A program made the translations under genes and the position numbers. A stretch of 64,000 bases of DNA from Planctomycetota bacterium (lineage in GTDB: Bacteria > Planctomycetota > UBA8108 > SXIK01), in contig OZ244999.1 in the NCBI GenBank assembly GCA_965223265.1, forward strand, positions 1,056,001-1,120,000, written 5' to 3'. Below the pieces are notes generated by a model. It did no database searches and had not been told where the DNA came from. It saw nothing but the letters and a program-made list of their open reading frames with translations. Below are positions 10,201-20,721 of this stretch, one piece after another. Numbering within the stretch: the stretch's first letter is position 1; each line of letters begins with the position of its first letter.

Positions 10201-12504
10201 ATGGCAGAGCAGTACCGCCAAGCAACCATATTTGAGCTCGTAGAAAGCGCGCCTCAGACCGCTGAAGAAGAAGCGCCACCCACCGCAGAAGCGGGAGCCG
10301 CGGTCGAGCCAGAGGAGACGGCCGAAAAACCCAACCGCATACCGCGCGGACCCTACACCGTCGAAGACTTCCAAGCCTACCGCGAAAGACTCTTAGCTGG
10401 AAAGGTCACAGCAGAAGAACACAAGCAAGAGCTTGCGCGTCTTCTCGCAAAGCGCGAACACTTCGTTTCTGCCCTCGTGTCAGAGCACAACGCAGACGCG
10501 CTAAAGCGCATGGCGCGCCGCCTTGGTGAATGGGACTGGAGGAGTAACACGAAGGAAAAAAACGCTTGCGCCATTCACCACCGGCTTGCCCAAAGCTTCG
10601 TTGTCACTGACTCCTTTCAGTGGTCACCGACTGAAGAGAGTTACGAGGACGCGTTAACGCGGATTGTAGCTCAAGTGACTGACGCAGAGCTTGCCGCGTA
10701 CGTAGTGCAACAGGTAGCGATTGAAGAAAGGCGAGAGCAAGCACAGGCAGAGCGCACAGCGCGTAACGAAAAAGCGCTCGAGAATCCAGAGACAGTTGAA
10801 GAGTTTGAAATCTTTGTCCGCAGACACGCAGACGGTGAGCGCGGACTTTCGCCAGAGCAGCTTGAAACGTTCGATAGGCTACGCGCTGAACAGTCGCGCG
10901 CGGCGCGCCGAGACAGCAAGCAGTCGGCGACTGTGGAGCGAATCGAGGCAGACGACGGCGTTCAAATGACGCTCACTGAAACAGAGCACACTCGAGATAA
11001 GCACGCCCTTTTTGTGGTGCAGCTCTCAAGTCGCGTTCCTACCGACAAGTTCCGTGAGATTCGTGGCAAAGCAAAGCAGCTCTCTGGCTGGTACTCGCGC
11101 TTTGCGCGTGGTGGTGCTGTGCCAGGCTTTCAGTTTAGAAGCAAAGAGAACGCAGAGGCGTTCATGAGCTTACTCGGTGGTGACGTTGACCGCTCTGGCG
11201 TGCTCGAGGAGCGCCGTCGGCGTAAAGAGCTTTCAGCTGGTGGCAGGTTGCTTTCGCTCGCTGACTCACTCGAAGAGAAGGCAAGAGAAGAGCTTGGAGC
11301 CGACCGACTTGAGAACACAGTGCGCCGCGCAGGCATGGCAGCCGGTATCCGCGGGAGAGCAAGGGCTGACATTGCACTTGCAGAGAACACTCGCCAAATC
11401 GGTCAAGCACTTGAAGCAGGCACAGCCGTATTCCTTGACGGAGTGAGAAACAGAGCGCAAGTGTCGCTACTTGTTGGAACGCTTCGCCGCGCGGTGTACG
11501 CCCGCGAAAGAAAGGAACGTGAAGGAAAAGAGCACAACCCATGGGAGACCTGGACAGAGCCAGGTGACGAGATTCGGTCTACGACAGCTGACATTCCGTT
11601 TCTTGAGTACCCCTACCCAGTCATTCACGCTTCCTGTCTTTCGCGAACCATAGCGCAGGCGCGAAACCGGTCTGGCATGAAAATGCGGGCTGACCGAATG
11701 GCCAAACGCTTAGAGGGTCTTGACGAGTACGCGCTCGTTCCGTTTGAAGAGGAGCGAGACATTGACGAGCTCTTAGAATTTATCGGGAAAGCGAAAGACA
11801 AGCGCGTTGACACAGAGTGGATTGAGCGCGGCGTAGAAAATTTTAAGCGTATGCGCGCAGCGAACATTCACACGCTACCAGAGCTTCGCTCTGCCGCGCG
11901 CGAGCTCTTGCCAATCCTTGCTGCTCCAGAAGAAGAGAACCCGATTAAGGCAGCAGAGCGCGAGCTCATTGGACGAGATATCCCCGGCTTCTTCCCTACT
12001 CCACCAGCTGTGATTCACCAAATACTTTCGCTTGCAGAGATAGAGCCAGGCCACAGGGTTTTGGAACCTTCGTGCGGTAAGGGCGACATTATGGACGCGG
12101 TGTCTCGCGAGCACCCAGAGGCGCAGCTTACTGGAATTGAATTCTCAAGCTCGCTGCTTGATATCCTCGAAGCAAAAGGCCATGAGGTAAGCCAAGGAGA
12201 TTTTCTTGAAGCTTCCGGTGACTACGACCGCGTTGTCATGAACCCGCCGTTTGAATGTGGCGCAGACATTGACCACGTGCGCCACGCTTACGAGCGGCTT
12301 GCACCAGGTGGCCGCGTTGTTGCAATCATGAGCGAGGGCCCGTTCTTTAGGGAGGACCACAAGTCGCGCGCGTTTCGTACGTGGCTTGAAGAAAAAGGTG
12401 GCACTTCAGAGAAGCTACCTGACGGTTCTTTTACTGGTAACGACGCCTTTCGTCAGACAGGTGTCTCTACGCGCATTGTCACCATTGAAAGGCCAAGGGA
12501 GTAG
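10201..12504 (+). CDS. Plasmid/ICE-type orphan N6-adenine DNA methyltransferase with long N-terminal extension
   Basis: FFPTP, VLEPSCGKG (motif I), VMNPPF (motif IV), FRQTGVST. Confidence 0.85.
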   Translation: MAEQYRQATIFELVESAPQTAEEEAPPTAEAGAAVEPEETAEKPNRIPRGPYTVEDFQAYRERLLAGKVTAEEHKQELARLLAKREHFVSALVSEHNADALKRMARRLGEWDWRSNTKEKNACAIHHRLAQSFVVTDSFQWSPTEESYEDALTRIVAQVTDAELAAYVVQQVAIEERREQAQAERTARNEKALENPETVEEFEIFVRRHADGERGLSPEQLETFDRLRAEQSRAARRDSKQSATVERIEADDGVQMTLTETEHTRDKHALFVVQLSSRVPTDKFREIRGKAKQLSGWYSRFARGGAVPGFQFRSKENAEAFMSLLGGDVDRSGVLEERRRRKELSAGGRLLSLADSLEEKAREELGADRLENTVRRAGMAAGIRGRARADIALAENTRQIGQALEAGTAVFLDGVRNRAQVSLLVGTLRRAVYARERKEREGKEHNPWETWTEPGDEIRSTTADIPFLEYPYPVIHASCLSRTIAQARNRSGMKMRADRMAKRLEGLDEYALVPFEEERDIDELLEFIGKAKDKRVDTEWIERGVENFKRMRAANIHTLPELRSAARELLPILAAPEEENPIKAAERELIGRDIPGFFPTPPAVIHQILSLAEIEPGHRVLEPSCGKGDIMDAVSREHPEAQLTGIEFSSSLLDILEAKGHEVSQGDFLEASGDYDRVVMNPPFECGADIDHVRHAYERLAPGGRVVAIMSEGPFFREDHKSRAFRTWLEEKGGTSEKLPDGSFTGNDAFRQTGVSTRIVTIERPRE

Positions 12505-12525
12505 CAACAGCGGTTCTTGTGGGGC

Positions 12526-12741
12526 CTACGACTTACGAACAGCTTTCAGCAACGCTCTGCGTGGACCTCTTGGCAGGTCAGCAAGAAACTTCTGTCGCTC
12601 TTCAGCGTTCAGACTCAGGAAGTGCTCTCTTTCCTCGGCGAGCGTTCTCTGCACACCCTGTCTTGAACCAAAGGCCTCAAGCTGTCCCAATCGGGTTCGC
12701 TTGTCGCCCTTGTTCTTGGGATATCCGGTTAGGTCTGACAT
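12526..12741 (-). CDS. Small hypothetical protein
   Basis: ORF with an extended -10 motif 7 nt upstream of the ATG. Confidence 0.55.
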   Translation of the reverse strand: MSDLTGYPKNKGDKRTRLGQLEAFGSRQGVQRTLAEEREHFLSLNAEERQKFLADLPRGPRRALLKAVRKS

Positions 12742-12791
12742 GGCCCCGACGATACCACAAGGCGCAATCTAAAGTCACGAACCACGGAGCG

Positions 12792-13544
12792 CTACCCAGC
12801 GTAGGTCTTACCGCGAAGCTCAAGCTCGCGTGCAATATTCTCAACGCTTAAATGCAGCAGGTCTGAAAGGCCAGACTCAGCGCGGTAATCAGCAGCAACG
12901 ACGTGCGAAACGCGGCCGTCTTGCGAATACTCCCAGGCGTGTTTCCGCTTTCGGCGCTTCTCGCGGTCATACACAGCGACAGGCACACCGCCCTCTTTCT
13001 TCACCAAAGTAAAGCACGGAATGTCTGTGTAGCCGTCACCGACAAACACAAGCTGAGAGAACGGAATACGGAGCTGCCCTGGTGCAAACTTTTGGTTCAC
13101 ACCGAAAGGTTTGCTTCGAGCACCAGGCCCAATCAAGCCTTTGGAAATCTGAAACAGAAAACGGGTCTTATCGGTGAAGCTTACGACGTTCTTAATGACT
13201 CGAATCTCACCGTCTTCTGCGTACGCGAAATCGCTTGCGAAGATATCGGTGAATTCTTCTGCAATCGCCGTGTGACGCAGTACCTCACCGATACCGCTGC
13301 TTACCACGTAGAACTCAAGCTCACAATTAACGCCCGCGGCGTGCTCTCGCAGCCGCGAGAAGATTTCAGGCGCACCCTCATAGAACGTCACCTCCGGCCC
13401 AAACGAAGCAAGTGAATCTTTCGTTATGGGGTGAGCACCGTTACGCGTAGCGTCAATCATTTGGTTAAGGTACGCAGTGGTTGAATCAGGCCCAAGGGTA
13501 TCGTCAAAGTCAAAGACGATTGCGATTCGGTTTGGTTCTTTCAT
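12792..13544 (-). CDS. HAD-family hydrolase
   Basis: IVFDFDDTL (motif I), VVSSG, KTRFLFQISKG, VGDGYTDIP. Confidence 0.85.
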   Translation of the reverse strand: MKEPNRIAIVFDFDDTLGPDSTTAYLNQMIDATRNGAHPITKDSLASFGPEVTFYEGAPEIFSRLREHAAGVNCELEFYVVSSGIGEVLRHTAIAEEFTDIFASDFAYAEDGEIRVIKNVVSFTDKTRFLFQISKGLIGPGARSKPFGVNQKFAPGQLRIPFSQLVFVGDGYTDIPCFTLVKKEGGVPVAVYDREKRRKRKHAWEYSQDGRVSHVVAADYRAESGLSDLLHLSVENIARELELRGKTYAG

Positions 13545-13548
13545 GGCG

Positions 13549-14211
13549 TTACGCTGCGGAAGCAGTGGTAGACCGTTTCTTTTCTCCCTTCTTCGGCTTC
13601 CACTTGCCGCGCCTTGCGCTTCCGCTAAAACGAAGGGCCCGATAAAGGCTTGCTGTTGCTCTAACGTCAGAAGGAGCGTCATGAGCGCCTGTCATTTTTC
13701 GCCCGAGGTGGTTAAGCACGGTCTCGAGTTTCCAGTCTTTGGGGGGCCGTCTGTTCTTCTCAAGGAAGTACCACATGACTCGCTGCATGACGCACACGAC
13801 GTGAAAGTCTGAAGGCAAGAACGAGTCCATGCGGTCGTACCAGGCACGGAGGAAAGGAGCGTCAAAGGCAGAGTTGTACGCAGCAAGTTGCGCCACGTAG
13901 TAGGGCTTACCAGCCTTTGATTCTTTTCTGATTGAGGCGTGACGCTTAAGGAACGCGGTGAACTGCTTTTGAGCTTCACGCTCTGAGACTGCTTCCGCTT
14001 CCCAGGCCGATTCGTCGTAGGAATTGACTTCGAGCGCAACGGGTGACGCAGCTTCCTTATCGAACCTGACTTTCACTTCGAAGGATTCAACGGAGCGTAA
14101 ACGCTCGTCGAGTGCAACGGCACCGATTTGGATTATTTGGTCGTCGTCAGGCGAGAGCCCGGTAGTTTCTAAGTCGAAGACTACTATGCGTTTTTTCGAT
14201 AAAACAGCCAC
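13549..14211 (-). CDS. DEDDh 3'-5' exonuclease (DnaQ-like)
   Basis: VFDLETTG, AYNSAFDAPFL, AHDAPSDV. Confidence 0.9.
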   Translation of the reverse strand: MAVLSKKRIVVFDLETTGLSPDDDQIIQIGAVALDERLRSVESFEVKVRFDKEAASPVALEVNSYDESAWEAEAVSEREAQKQFTAFLKRHASIRKESKAGKPYYVAQLAAYNSAFDAPFLRAWYDRMDSFLPSDFHVVCVMQRVMWYFLEKNRRPPKDWKLETVLNHLGRKMTGAHDAPSDVRATASLYRALRFSGSARRGKWKPKKGEKKRSTTASAA

Positions 14212-14301
14212 CCCCCAGAGTAGCACGGGCTGTTTTTGTACTCAAACGCAGGTGCGCGAGAGGTAGGTGTTGTGAGAACCCTTACACTCTCGCATGAGAG
14301 G

Positions 14302-14568
14302 TTACGTCGCTTGTTCCTGGCCAAGAAGTTCGACACCACTTAGCGCGAAAGTCTCGACCCAGGACCCGTGACAGTCGTTACAGAAAACCCGTTGAGTGAC
14401 TCTTCCGCTTTCAGGCATGTCAAAGCTTTCGCCTTCCAGGTCCCCGCCCTCACAGTAAGGGCAGCTACCGCCGCCACCCTTTACGAAAGCGTCAAGGTCA
14501 ATGTCCTGGGGCTTTGGTTTGTTGTCGGACATGAGGAGAACCTTTGCCTCTCTCCTCGCGCGCACCAT
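14302..14568 (-). CDS. Small zinc-ribbon protein
   Basis: CPYC...CNDC. Confidence 0.65.
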   Translation of the reverse strand: MVRARREAKVLLMSDNKPKPQDIDLDAFVKGGGGSCPYCEGGDLEGESFDMPESGRVTQRVFCNDCHGSWVETFALSGVELLGQEQAT

Positions 14569-14621
14569 GCGAAAAGAGTAGCACAGGTAGGATTCTTACG
14601 CGCAGCAGCGGCTTTCAAGAA

Positions 14622-15518
14622 CTATGCGATACGCTTCAATGGGCGTTCAAGCCAGGCTGCGCACCGTCGTAGCTCGTAAACCTTCGACACGAATTCGTCA
14701 AGTTCAGTACTGTACTCCTCAAGAACGCCCACGAATGGTGTGAGGCCTTCGTCAAGCTCTGGAACAGAGAAAGAGGCCGAGCCAAGCGTTGCTGCATGGT
14801 TTCTCAGTCCAAGTAATGCGTTCAGGTATCCTCTACTCGACTGGAATGCTTCCCGAAGTTCCGCGCCAATCGAGAGAATCTTTTTCGCCACTGTCTTTCC
14901 TATCTCGGTGTAAGAGGCGTCATGGATAGCGTCCACGGCCAAACCTCGGACAAAGAAGCGCCCTTCGTGCTCGAGCACAATCTCGAAAGGGTCTATGCGG
15001 CTCTGGAAGTAGCGAATGCGGCTATGCTCGGACTGCGGCTGGACGGTGCTATGCTCTCGGCCTAAACGAGAAACGGCTGCCTCAAGGTGCCGAAGCTTTT
15101 CTACGAAGTACTCGACCTCAAAGAACAGGTACGGTCCTGCGCCAAGCTCGTCCACGGCATGGTAAAGCGCTCGGCCAAGGGTCTCATGAACTGGGCCTTC
15201 GCCTTCAATGCGAATCCCTCGAACATTGCGCTTCGAGCAAAACGTGTGGACTGAGTGAGCCCACCGCGACGTAGCTTCTACAACAGGCAATACGTCTTCT
15301 ACGTAAGGAGAGAGGTTGCGATAGGCAGACAGTAGCGGTACCAGTTCGGCTCGAGGAAGTTCCGCGAATGGGTTTGGCACACCGTAGTCAAGTCCGTCAG
15401 CGTCAAAGCACTTGAGGAGCTCAGGGTACGATTGCCCGTCTGCCCAATACGACTCACCGTCAAAGACAACAATTTCACGCCAGTCGAATTCATTGTGAAA
15501 AAATCGAACACCTGTCAC
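14622..15518 (-). CDS. Hypothetical protein
   Basis: 298-aa ORF; weak internal repeat (VRFFHNEFDWREIVV / IRYFQSRIDPFEIVL). Confidence 0.6.
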   Translation of the reverse strand: MTGVRFFHNEFDWREIVVFDGESYWADGQSYPELLKCFDADGLDYGVPNPFAELPRAELVPLLSAYRNLSPYVEDVLPVVEATSRWAHSVHTFCSKRNVRGIRIEGEGPVHETLGRALYHAVDELGAGPYLFFEVEYFVEKLRHLEAAVSRLGREHSTVQPQSEHSRIRYFQSRIDPFEIVLEHEGRFFVRGLAVDAIHDASYTEIGKTVAKKILSIGAELREAFQSSRGYLNALLGLRNHAATLGSASFSVPELDEGLTPFVGVLEEYSTELDEFVSKVYELRRCAAWLERPLKRIA

Positions 15519-15556
15519 TCGAGTCGAATATCACAAATGAGATTCAAAGTCACGAA

Positions 15557-17158
15557 CTACGCAACACGTGACAAGCCTTTCTTTAGTTTGAGCTTCTTCT
15601 TTGGCTCGCGTTCTGGTTCTTCTTCGTCGTGCTCCAGGTGGAGCTCAAGATTCACGCCAAGTCTTCTCTCGTCGGCTGGAACCCATGGCAAAAGCCACTG
15701 GTCTTCCTCAGCGCGTGGAACAAACCCAAAATCGCTCTCGTCGTCTTGAGGCACAACGATAGCTTGAAGGTCGCTGCCACTTACGGTATCGCGAGCTGCA
15801 CCAAAGTGAGGTGAGAGAAAGAAGCCAGAGAGCCCGTTCTTTTTCGACGTTGGTGGTATGTCGTAGAACTCTGACGGGAGCACTGCGTCACGCATGACGC
15901 GCTGCTCGCTTACTCCGCGAGAGCGACGGCCGAGCTCACCAGACACACTCCAAAACGTTTCAATCGTTTCAAATTGCCCTAAGATTTTTGACGCCCAGGT
16001 GGCTGACTCTTCTGACTCCAATCGAAGTAGCGCCTTGTTTGAACATTGCGCCACAATCTCGTGCGCAATTCGGGGGCCTGCCGCTTCCCTAAACCCTTCA
16101 ATATCTTGAAACGCGATAACAAGCGACGCTCCCTTGGACCGCCCTTTGACTGCCAGATACGGAAGCATGTCACCTTTTAGAAGCGGGCCAGAAAGACGCG
16201 CTTCGTCAATCCAGACCCACGTGCGCCTGCTGTCAGAGTTCGGTTGTACGTCAATCTCTTCAGTCATGACGCGAAACACTACCTGATTGATTGCGTCAAG
16301 CGGGGCTCGAACGGTTGCGTTTGAACCGAGCAGCAGAATCGAGTCAGACGTAAGCCAAGAGCGAATCGAAAGCCGCCGTTCTTTCGGCAAGCGCTGCCAC
16401 ACAGCAGCAACAGGCTTGTAGTACGTCATGCGAGACACAATCGTTGTGAAGACTTGATACGCTGTGCGCTCGTCACCAAAAAATGCGTCAAGTACGTCGC
16501 GGCCGTCGGCGTCTCTTCGAAGCACAGCTTGGATTCTCTCTTTTGAGAGACACGCAAACACGAAGTCTGAAAAGGACCACTCGGTAGGCGAGTGGCGAAT
16601 AAAGCTCGCCACAACTTCAGTAATCACTTGGCGCGCTGCGTCAGTGAAGTAGCGGTTGTTACCGCCCTTCTCTTCTGGGATAAGAGCAGTCACTAAGTTC
16701 TGAGCTCTGGCAAAGCTTGTGATATCTGCCGCAATGTCCCAAGCGACTGCGCACGGGAACTCGTCACGCGCTTCAAACGGGTGAAGCGAATACACAGGAC
16801 ACGTAACACCGATTTGCCGAAGGAAGGCAGTGGTGTCAGATTTTGCGTCAAAGATAACTGAACGAGTGTCAGAGCCTGCCTCGATTCCAGCCAGTGGCTG
16901 CGCCATGAGCCTTCGCTGCAAAAGAGATTTCCCGGACCCCGTGGTCCCGACAATGAGGAAATGCTGCGTTGCAGCTGACTCAGGAAGAGTCACATTTCCA
17001 AACTGCAATGTGCCGCGAGCGTCGCCACGCGCTGCGGTCCTACGAAGTTTCCGGCCGCGACGGTAACGAGCCTTTCTTGCGCGCCGAAGCAAAAGCTCAC
17101 CGCCAAAGACAACGCCTACGATTCCAAGAGCGATTGCGGCACGTGTCGTTACGTTCAT
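15557..17158 (-). CDS. Type IV coupling protein (TrwB/TraD-like)
   Basis: N-terminal TM, HFLIVGTTGSGKS Walker A, IFDAK, WIDEA, GRSKG; adjacent to the relaxase. Confidence 0.9.
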   Translation of the reverse strand: MNVTTRAAIALGIVGVVFGGELLLRRARKARYRRGRKLRRTAARGDARGTLQFGNVTLPESAATQHFLIVGTTGSGKSLLQRRLMAQPLAGIEAGSDTRSVIFDAKSDTTAFLRQIGVTCPVYSLHPFEARDEFPCAVAWDIAADITSFARAQNLVTALIPEEKGGNNRYFTDAARQVITEVVASFIRHSPTEWSFSDFVFACLSKERIQAVLRRDADGRDVLDAFFGDERTAYQVFTTIVSRMTYYKPVAAVWQRLPKERRLSIRSWLTSDSILLLGSNATVRAPLDAINQVVFRVMTEEIDVQPNSDSRRTWVWIDEARLSGPLLKGDMLPYLAVKGRSKGASLVIAFQDIEGFREAAGPRIAHEIVAQCSNKALLRLESEESATWASKILGQFETIETFWSVSGELGRRSRGVSEQRVMRDAVLPSEFYDIPPTSKKNGLSGFFLSPHFGAARDTVSGSDLQAIVVPQDDESDFGFVPRAEEDQWLLPWVPADERRLGVNLELHLEHDEEEPEREPKKKLKLKKGLSRVA

Positions 17159-19692
17159 GCCGGAATCCTCTCGCGTTCGTAATCAACAGCAAGGTCTTTC
17201 GCGCGGCTGCGCGACATTTGCTTTGCCAAAACTTCCAAAACCTCCGCGTCGCCGTCTTCGTCGAGCGATAAGCGGTCAGTGTAAATACGGGTCTCGTCGC
17301 GAGCTCGAGACGCCTGTACGTACGAAATCTCGCGGTCAGTCATGCCGCCGCCTGAAAGGACAAAGGCGTTATTAACTGTCGCGCCTTGTCCTTTGTGGGT
17401 GGTAACGGCGTAGCCGAGCTTTAAATGAGCGTAAGCGTCAGTATGAATGCGCAGAGTCTTTCCGTCGTCAAGCCGTATCATGAGCGATTGCTGTTTCTTG
17501 TTTAGGCCGACAACGGTTCCAACCATTCCGTTTTCAAGGCCCAGTAGCTTCTCGCCTTTGGTAAAAAGCACGCGGTCACCCACGCGGAATTCACTGTCTT
17601 CCACTTCGAGCACTTCGTCGCTAAGGTGCCCAGCCTCTAACCGACGCTGCTGACAGAGCTGGTTCACTTCGCGCCCTTCGAAATTGGTGCCTACGAAAAT
17701 CAGCGTTTCTTCCAAATCTTTCTCTGCTGCCGCTTCCCAGTCATTTACCAGCGCTTCAATGGCTTCGTCACGGTCGTCTTGAACTTGGAGGAGCCCGCGA
17801 GAAGCAAACTTTGCAAGCGCACTCTCTGCTTCACCCACTGCAAGCTCTTTCACTGCTTCTACGTCAACTTCGTCACGCTGCCGCGTAATGTGGGTAAGCT
17901 CTGCTGCGCCTACTTCGTTGATTACTCCTTGGAAGATTGCACCAGCACTGATTGCTTGCAGTTGCCGGGTGTCACCGACCATGACGAGTTTCGCGCCCGC
18001 GCGCTCGACTGTCCCAGCGAGTCTGCAAAGGTCACGCGTTCCAACCATTCCCGCTTCGTCAAGAACAACAATGGTGTCGTTTCCAAGGCGAATGCGTTCT
18101 TGCCTAAGTTCTCGAAGAAGCGATTGTATGTGCTGTGATTCAATGCCAGAGCCTTTCTGCAATTCGCAGGCAGCTTTTCCAGCGAGCGCTGTTCCAAGGA
18201 CGCGATACCCTGCCGCTTCCCACGCTTCGCGTGCCGCTTCAAGTAGTGTGGACTTCCCAGTACCCGCGAGGCCGTTCACACACGTAACGGAGTCATTGCC
18301 AGCGGTCACATGGTAGACCGCTTCCACTTGCTCGTCGAACAACTTGAACTCTTCTTCGCTTCCCAGAAGCGACTTGCGAAGCGAAGCGGTTTTACGCTCT
18401 TCGTAACCGCTTATAGCCTTTGCAACGTCGCTTCGGGCAAGCGAATGGAGGTCGTTCCCGCGGGAGTCACGAGCAATTTTTAAGACTCTTCGTTCGAGAA
18501 AAAGCATTTCTTGTGTCGTGTAGTGCGTCTCACCCCTCACCTGGTAATCGAGTTTCACGATTGTTCCGTCTTGGGTGAGAGCATGCGCGACGCGCTCTTT
18601 GATAGCGGATATTCCGACGCCCTTTCCTTGCGCTTCTTCTGCTGCGTATCTGACGAGCTCAAGTTCTGAGAAGTGAGCGTTTGAGTCAGTGATTCTCTTC
18701 ACTGCGCGACGTATCGCTTCGTAAGCTTCGATTGCAATGTTTCGCGGCTTGTAGCGCTTTTCCTTTTCTGCTTCGAGAATTTCGTGTGAGAGCCCGAACT
18801 CACGGGCGACCTCTTGCCAATGCTCAATCAGAGTCTCACGGAGGATTTGTTCTTTCTCGGTGCGTGTAGCAAGTGCTGCCTTCTCTGCTGCCCTTGTTCC
18901 AGAGAGCTTGTGCTTTATGAGCCACTTTTCGATTTCTCTTCGTCGTTTGGAGAACTCTGAAATGAGCTCAGGTGAGACGCAATCCAGCTCAAACCAAGAG
19001 ACTCTCTCGTTTGGCTTCCCTTCTTTCTCTGGACGGTGTGAGCGAAGACCGATTTGCTCGAGCTCGCGTGAGAGCTCTGCCCTGTAGAGTGCGCCAAGCG
19101 CCATTTTCATGTTGCGCCGAAAGAGGTGACGAGCGTCAAGAGCGTTCGTGCCACCGTCTTCTCGCGCTACCACGTTACAGAGCACCACGTGGTGGTGAAG
19201 ATTTGGGTCGGGGAGCTCACCAGGAATGCCACGCGACGTGTCATGGCGAAAGATTGCAGCCATCAGCTTTCCGCGTTCGCTTTCCGTTCCGTTGTAGCCA
19301 AGGCGAGTGAAGCCGCAATGCTCTTGAAGTTCAGTAAGAACGCGCATGAGCGCGCGGTGGTTTGCTGCCTCGATTTCTTTTCGTTGCTCGAGGTTTCCAG
19401 CTGACCATGCAGCTGAAACCGATTTTGGAACAGAGAACGTCAAATCGAATCCAGCGCGCCGCTTCTTCTTTGACTTCATGACCAGGTCATGTGTTCCGTC
19501 AGGTGAGGTACCTTCCAAAAGGTTACGGAACACTTGCCCGTCAACTTGGCCAGAGAGCCCGAGTGCCTTCGCGCCTTCTCCCCACCAGTTGCCTGGCGGC
19601 TCACCGCCACCTACGTAGTAATCTTCTTGTCCAAGATTTGCGTAGTACGAAAGCGCGTCTTCGCTTGAACCAATCGCTTTAATCGAGAGCAC
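17155..19692 (-). CDS. mobF: MOBF relaxase-helicase (TrwC/TraI-like)
   Basis: MLSIK...SYY...DYY, DLTFSVPKSVS, HDTSR...DPNLHHH; RecD-like helicase GLAGTGKS, DEAGM, GYAVTTHKGQG. Confidence 0.95.
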   Translation of the reverse strand: MLSIKAIGSSEDALSYYANLGQEDYYVGGGEPPGNWWGEGAKALGLSGQVDGQVFRNLLEGTSPDGTHDLVMKSKKKRRAGFDLTFSVPKSVSAAWSAGNLEQRKEIEAANHRALMRVLTELQEHCGFTRLGYNGTESERGKLMAAIFRHDTSRGIPGELPDPNLHHHVVLCNVVAREDGGTNALDARHLFRRNMKMALGALYRAELSRELEQIGLRSHRPEKEGKPNERVSWFELDCVSPELISEFSKRRREIEKWLIKHKLSGTRAAEKAALATRTEKEQILRETLIEHWQEVAREFGLSHEILEAEKEKRYKPRNIAIEAYEAIRRAVKRITDSNAHFSELELVRYAAEEAQGKGVGISAIKERVAHALTQDGTIVKLDYQVRGETHYTTQEMLFLERRVLKIARDSRGNDLHSLARSDVAKAISGYEERKTASLRKSLLGSEEEFKLFDEQVEAVYHVTAGNDSVTCVNGLAGTGKSTLLEAAREAWEAAGYRVLGTALAGKAACELQKGSGIESQHIQSLLRELRQERIRLGNDTIVVLDEAGMVGTRDLCRLAGTVERAGAKLVMVGDTRQLQAISAGAIFQGVINEVGAAELTHITRQRDEVDVEAVKELAVGEAESALAKFASRGLLQVQDDRDEAIEALVNDWEAAAEKDLEETLIFVGTNFEGREVNQLCQQRRLEAGHLSDEVLEVEDSEFRVGDRVLFTKGEKLLGLENGMVGTVVGLNKKQQSLMIRLDDGKTLRIHTDAYAHLKLGYAVTTHKGQGATVNNAFVLSGGGMTDREISYVQASRARDETRIYTDRLSLDEDGDAEVLEVLAKQMSRSRAKDLAVDYERERIPA

Positions 19693-19728
19693 TGCCTACA
19701 ACTCCCTCTCGCCCTTGGCACGACTTCC

Positions 19729-19995
19729 CTACTCTTCCGTCGCGTCGTTAAAATCTTTCCTTAGAGCTTTCAGTTCGTCTTCCATTCTGCTGAAGCGTTT
19801 TAGCTCGGCTTCGATTCGACCGAGCCGGTCATGAACCCCAAGCAGTCCGCTATCTGCGGCTGCCATGGTGGCAACTCTTCCAAACTCGTTCGGTGAGAGC
19901 CGAACGTGCTTTGCCGCTTCCGAAATGATTTCGTCATACGGAGGAAAGAGACGAAACGTAAGCTTCTCTACAAAGGAATTCTTCTTCTTGCTCAT
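19729..19995 (-). CDS. Putative relaxosome accessory protein (RHH-like + coiled coil)
   Basis: Small ORF directly upstream of the relaxase; LTFRL...IISEAAKHVRLSPNEFGR. Confidence 0.6.
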   Translation of the reverse strand: MSKKKNSFVEKLTFRLFPPYDEIISEAAKHVRLSPNEFGRVATMAAADSGLLGVHDRLGRIEAELKRFSRMEDELKALRKDFNDATEE

Positions 19996-20249
19996 GTCTG
20001 GTTCCTTGAGTTCCAGACAAGCTCTGTTGCTTCTCGAAGCTTCTTCGATATGGGGTACTGCTTGCTGTAGACCGCAAAGGCAGCTTCAAGGATTTCCTTC
20101 TTGTCTCTTCCGGTTGCCAGTGAGTAGAGCTCAAGCTCATACGTCGTGTCTGGTGCCAGGTTGTAGCTTGCTTTGGTCTTTAGGAAGTGTGGCGTAAAGC
20201 CGTTCCCGTTTCCTTTTGACTTGGTACTTCTTCGGGTCATAACAACCAC
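19992..20249 (-). CDS. Small RHH-like DNA-binding protein
   Basis: KASYNL...ELYSLATGRDKKEILEAAF; overlaps the next gene by 4 nt. Confidence 0.55.
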   Translation of the reverse strand: MVVMTRRSTKSKGNGNGFTPHFLKTKASYNLAPDTTYELELYSLATGRDKKEILEAAFAVYSKQYPISKKLREATELVWNSRNQT

Positions 20250-20369
20250 CCTTTACAACTTCGCCCTGCAAAAAGCAGAACGTTACTACACGCAAAAGAG
20301 TATCACGATAGACCCGTAGACTCAAATTCACGCACGTCTCTGCCGAACCCTCATTCCACTTGTCGACTC

Positions 20370-20440
20370 GTGTGGTCGGGTGGTCAACCACCCAGCCACC
20401 TAACCACCCAGGTGGTCAGCCACCTATCCACCCACGTGTC
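20370..20440. repeat. CCACC/GGTGG repeats with 8-bp period upstream of the mob operon (probable accessory-protein sites in the oriT region)
   Basis: aaCCACCc agCCACCt aaCCACCc aGGTGGtc agCCACCt atCCACCc. Confidence 0.65.
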
Positions 20441-20707
20441 TACAAAGGAACCCCGTTGGGGGGTTATTCCTGTTTCCTGAAATTCCCACACCTGTGCATT
20501 TGCAATGCGGGGCTTGTGGACGCTTCTTGCTGACAGCAAGCGCTTAGTCGACGGTGAATCCCTCTCTTGGAACAGGAAGTTACACGTGTCTCGCCGCTCT
20601 ACCTGGAACACGCGCGCGTAGCGAGCCGTAGACACAGGCTTCACGCTCTGTTGTTGCGCACTTAGCTCGGGTTTTGCATGGATTTGTCGACACGGTAATT
20701 CGGGCGC

Positions 20708-20721
20708 TTGCGCTGGGGTGT
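20708..20721 (+). other. Candidate MOBF nic site
   Basis: TTGCGCTGGGGTGT resembles the F nic TTGCGTGGGGTGT with one extra base; orientation would put the relaxase last in transfer. Confidence 0.3.
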
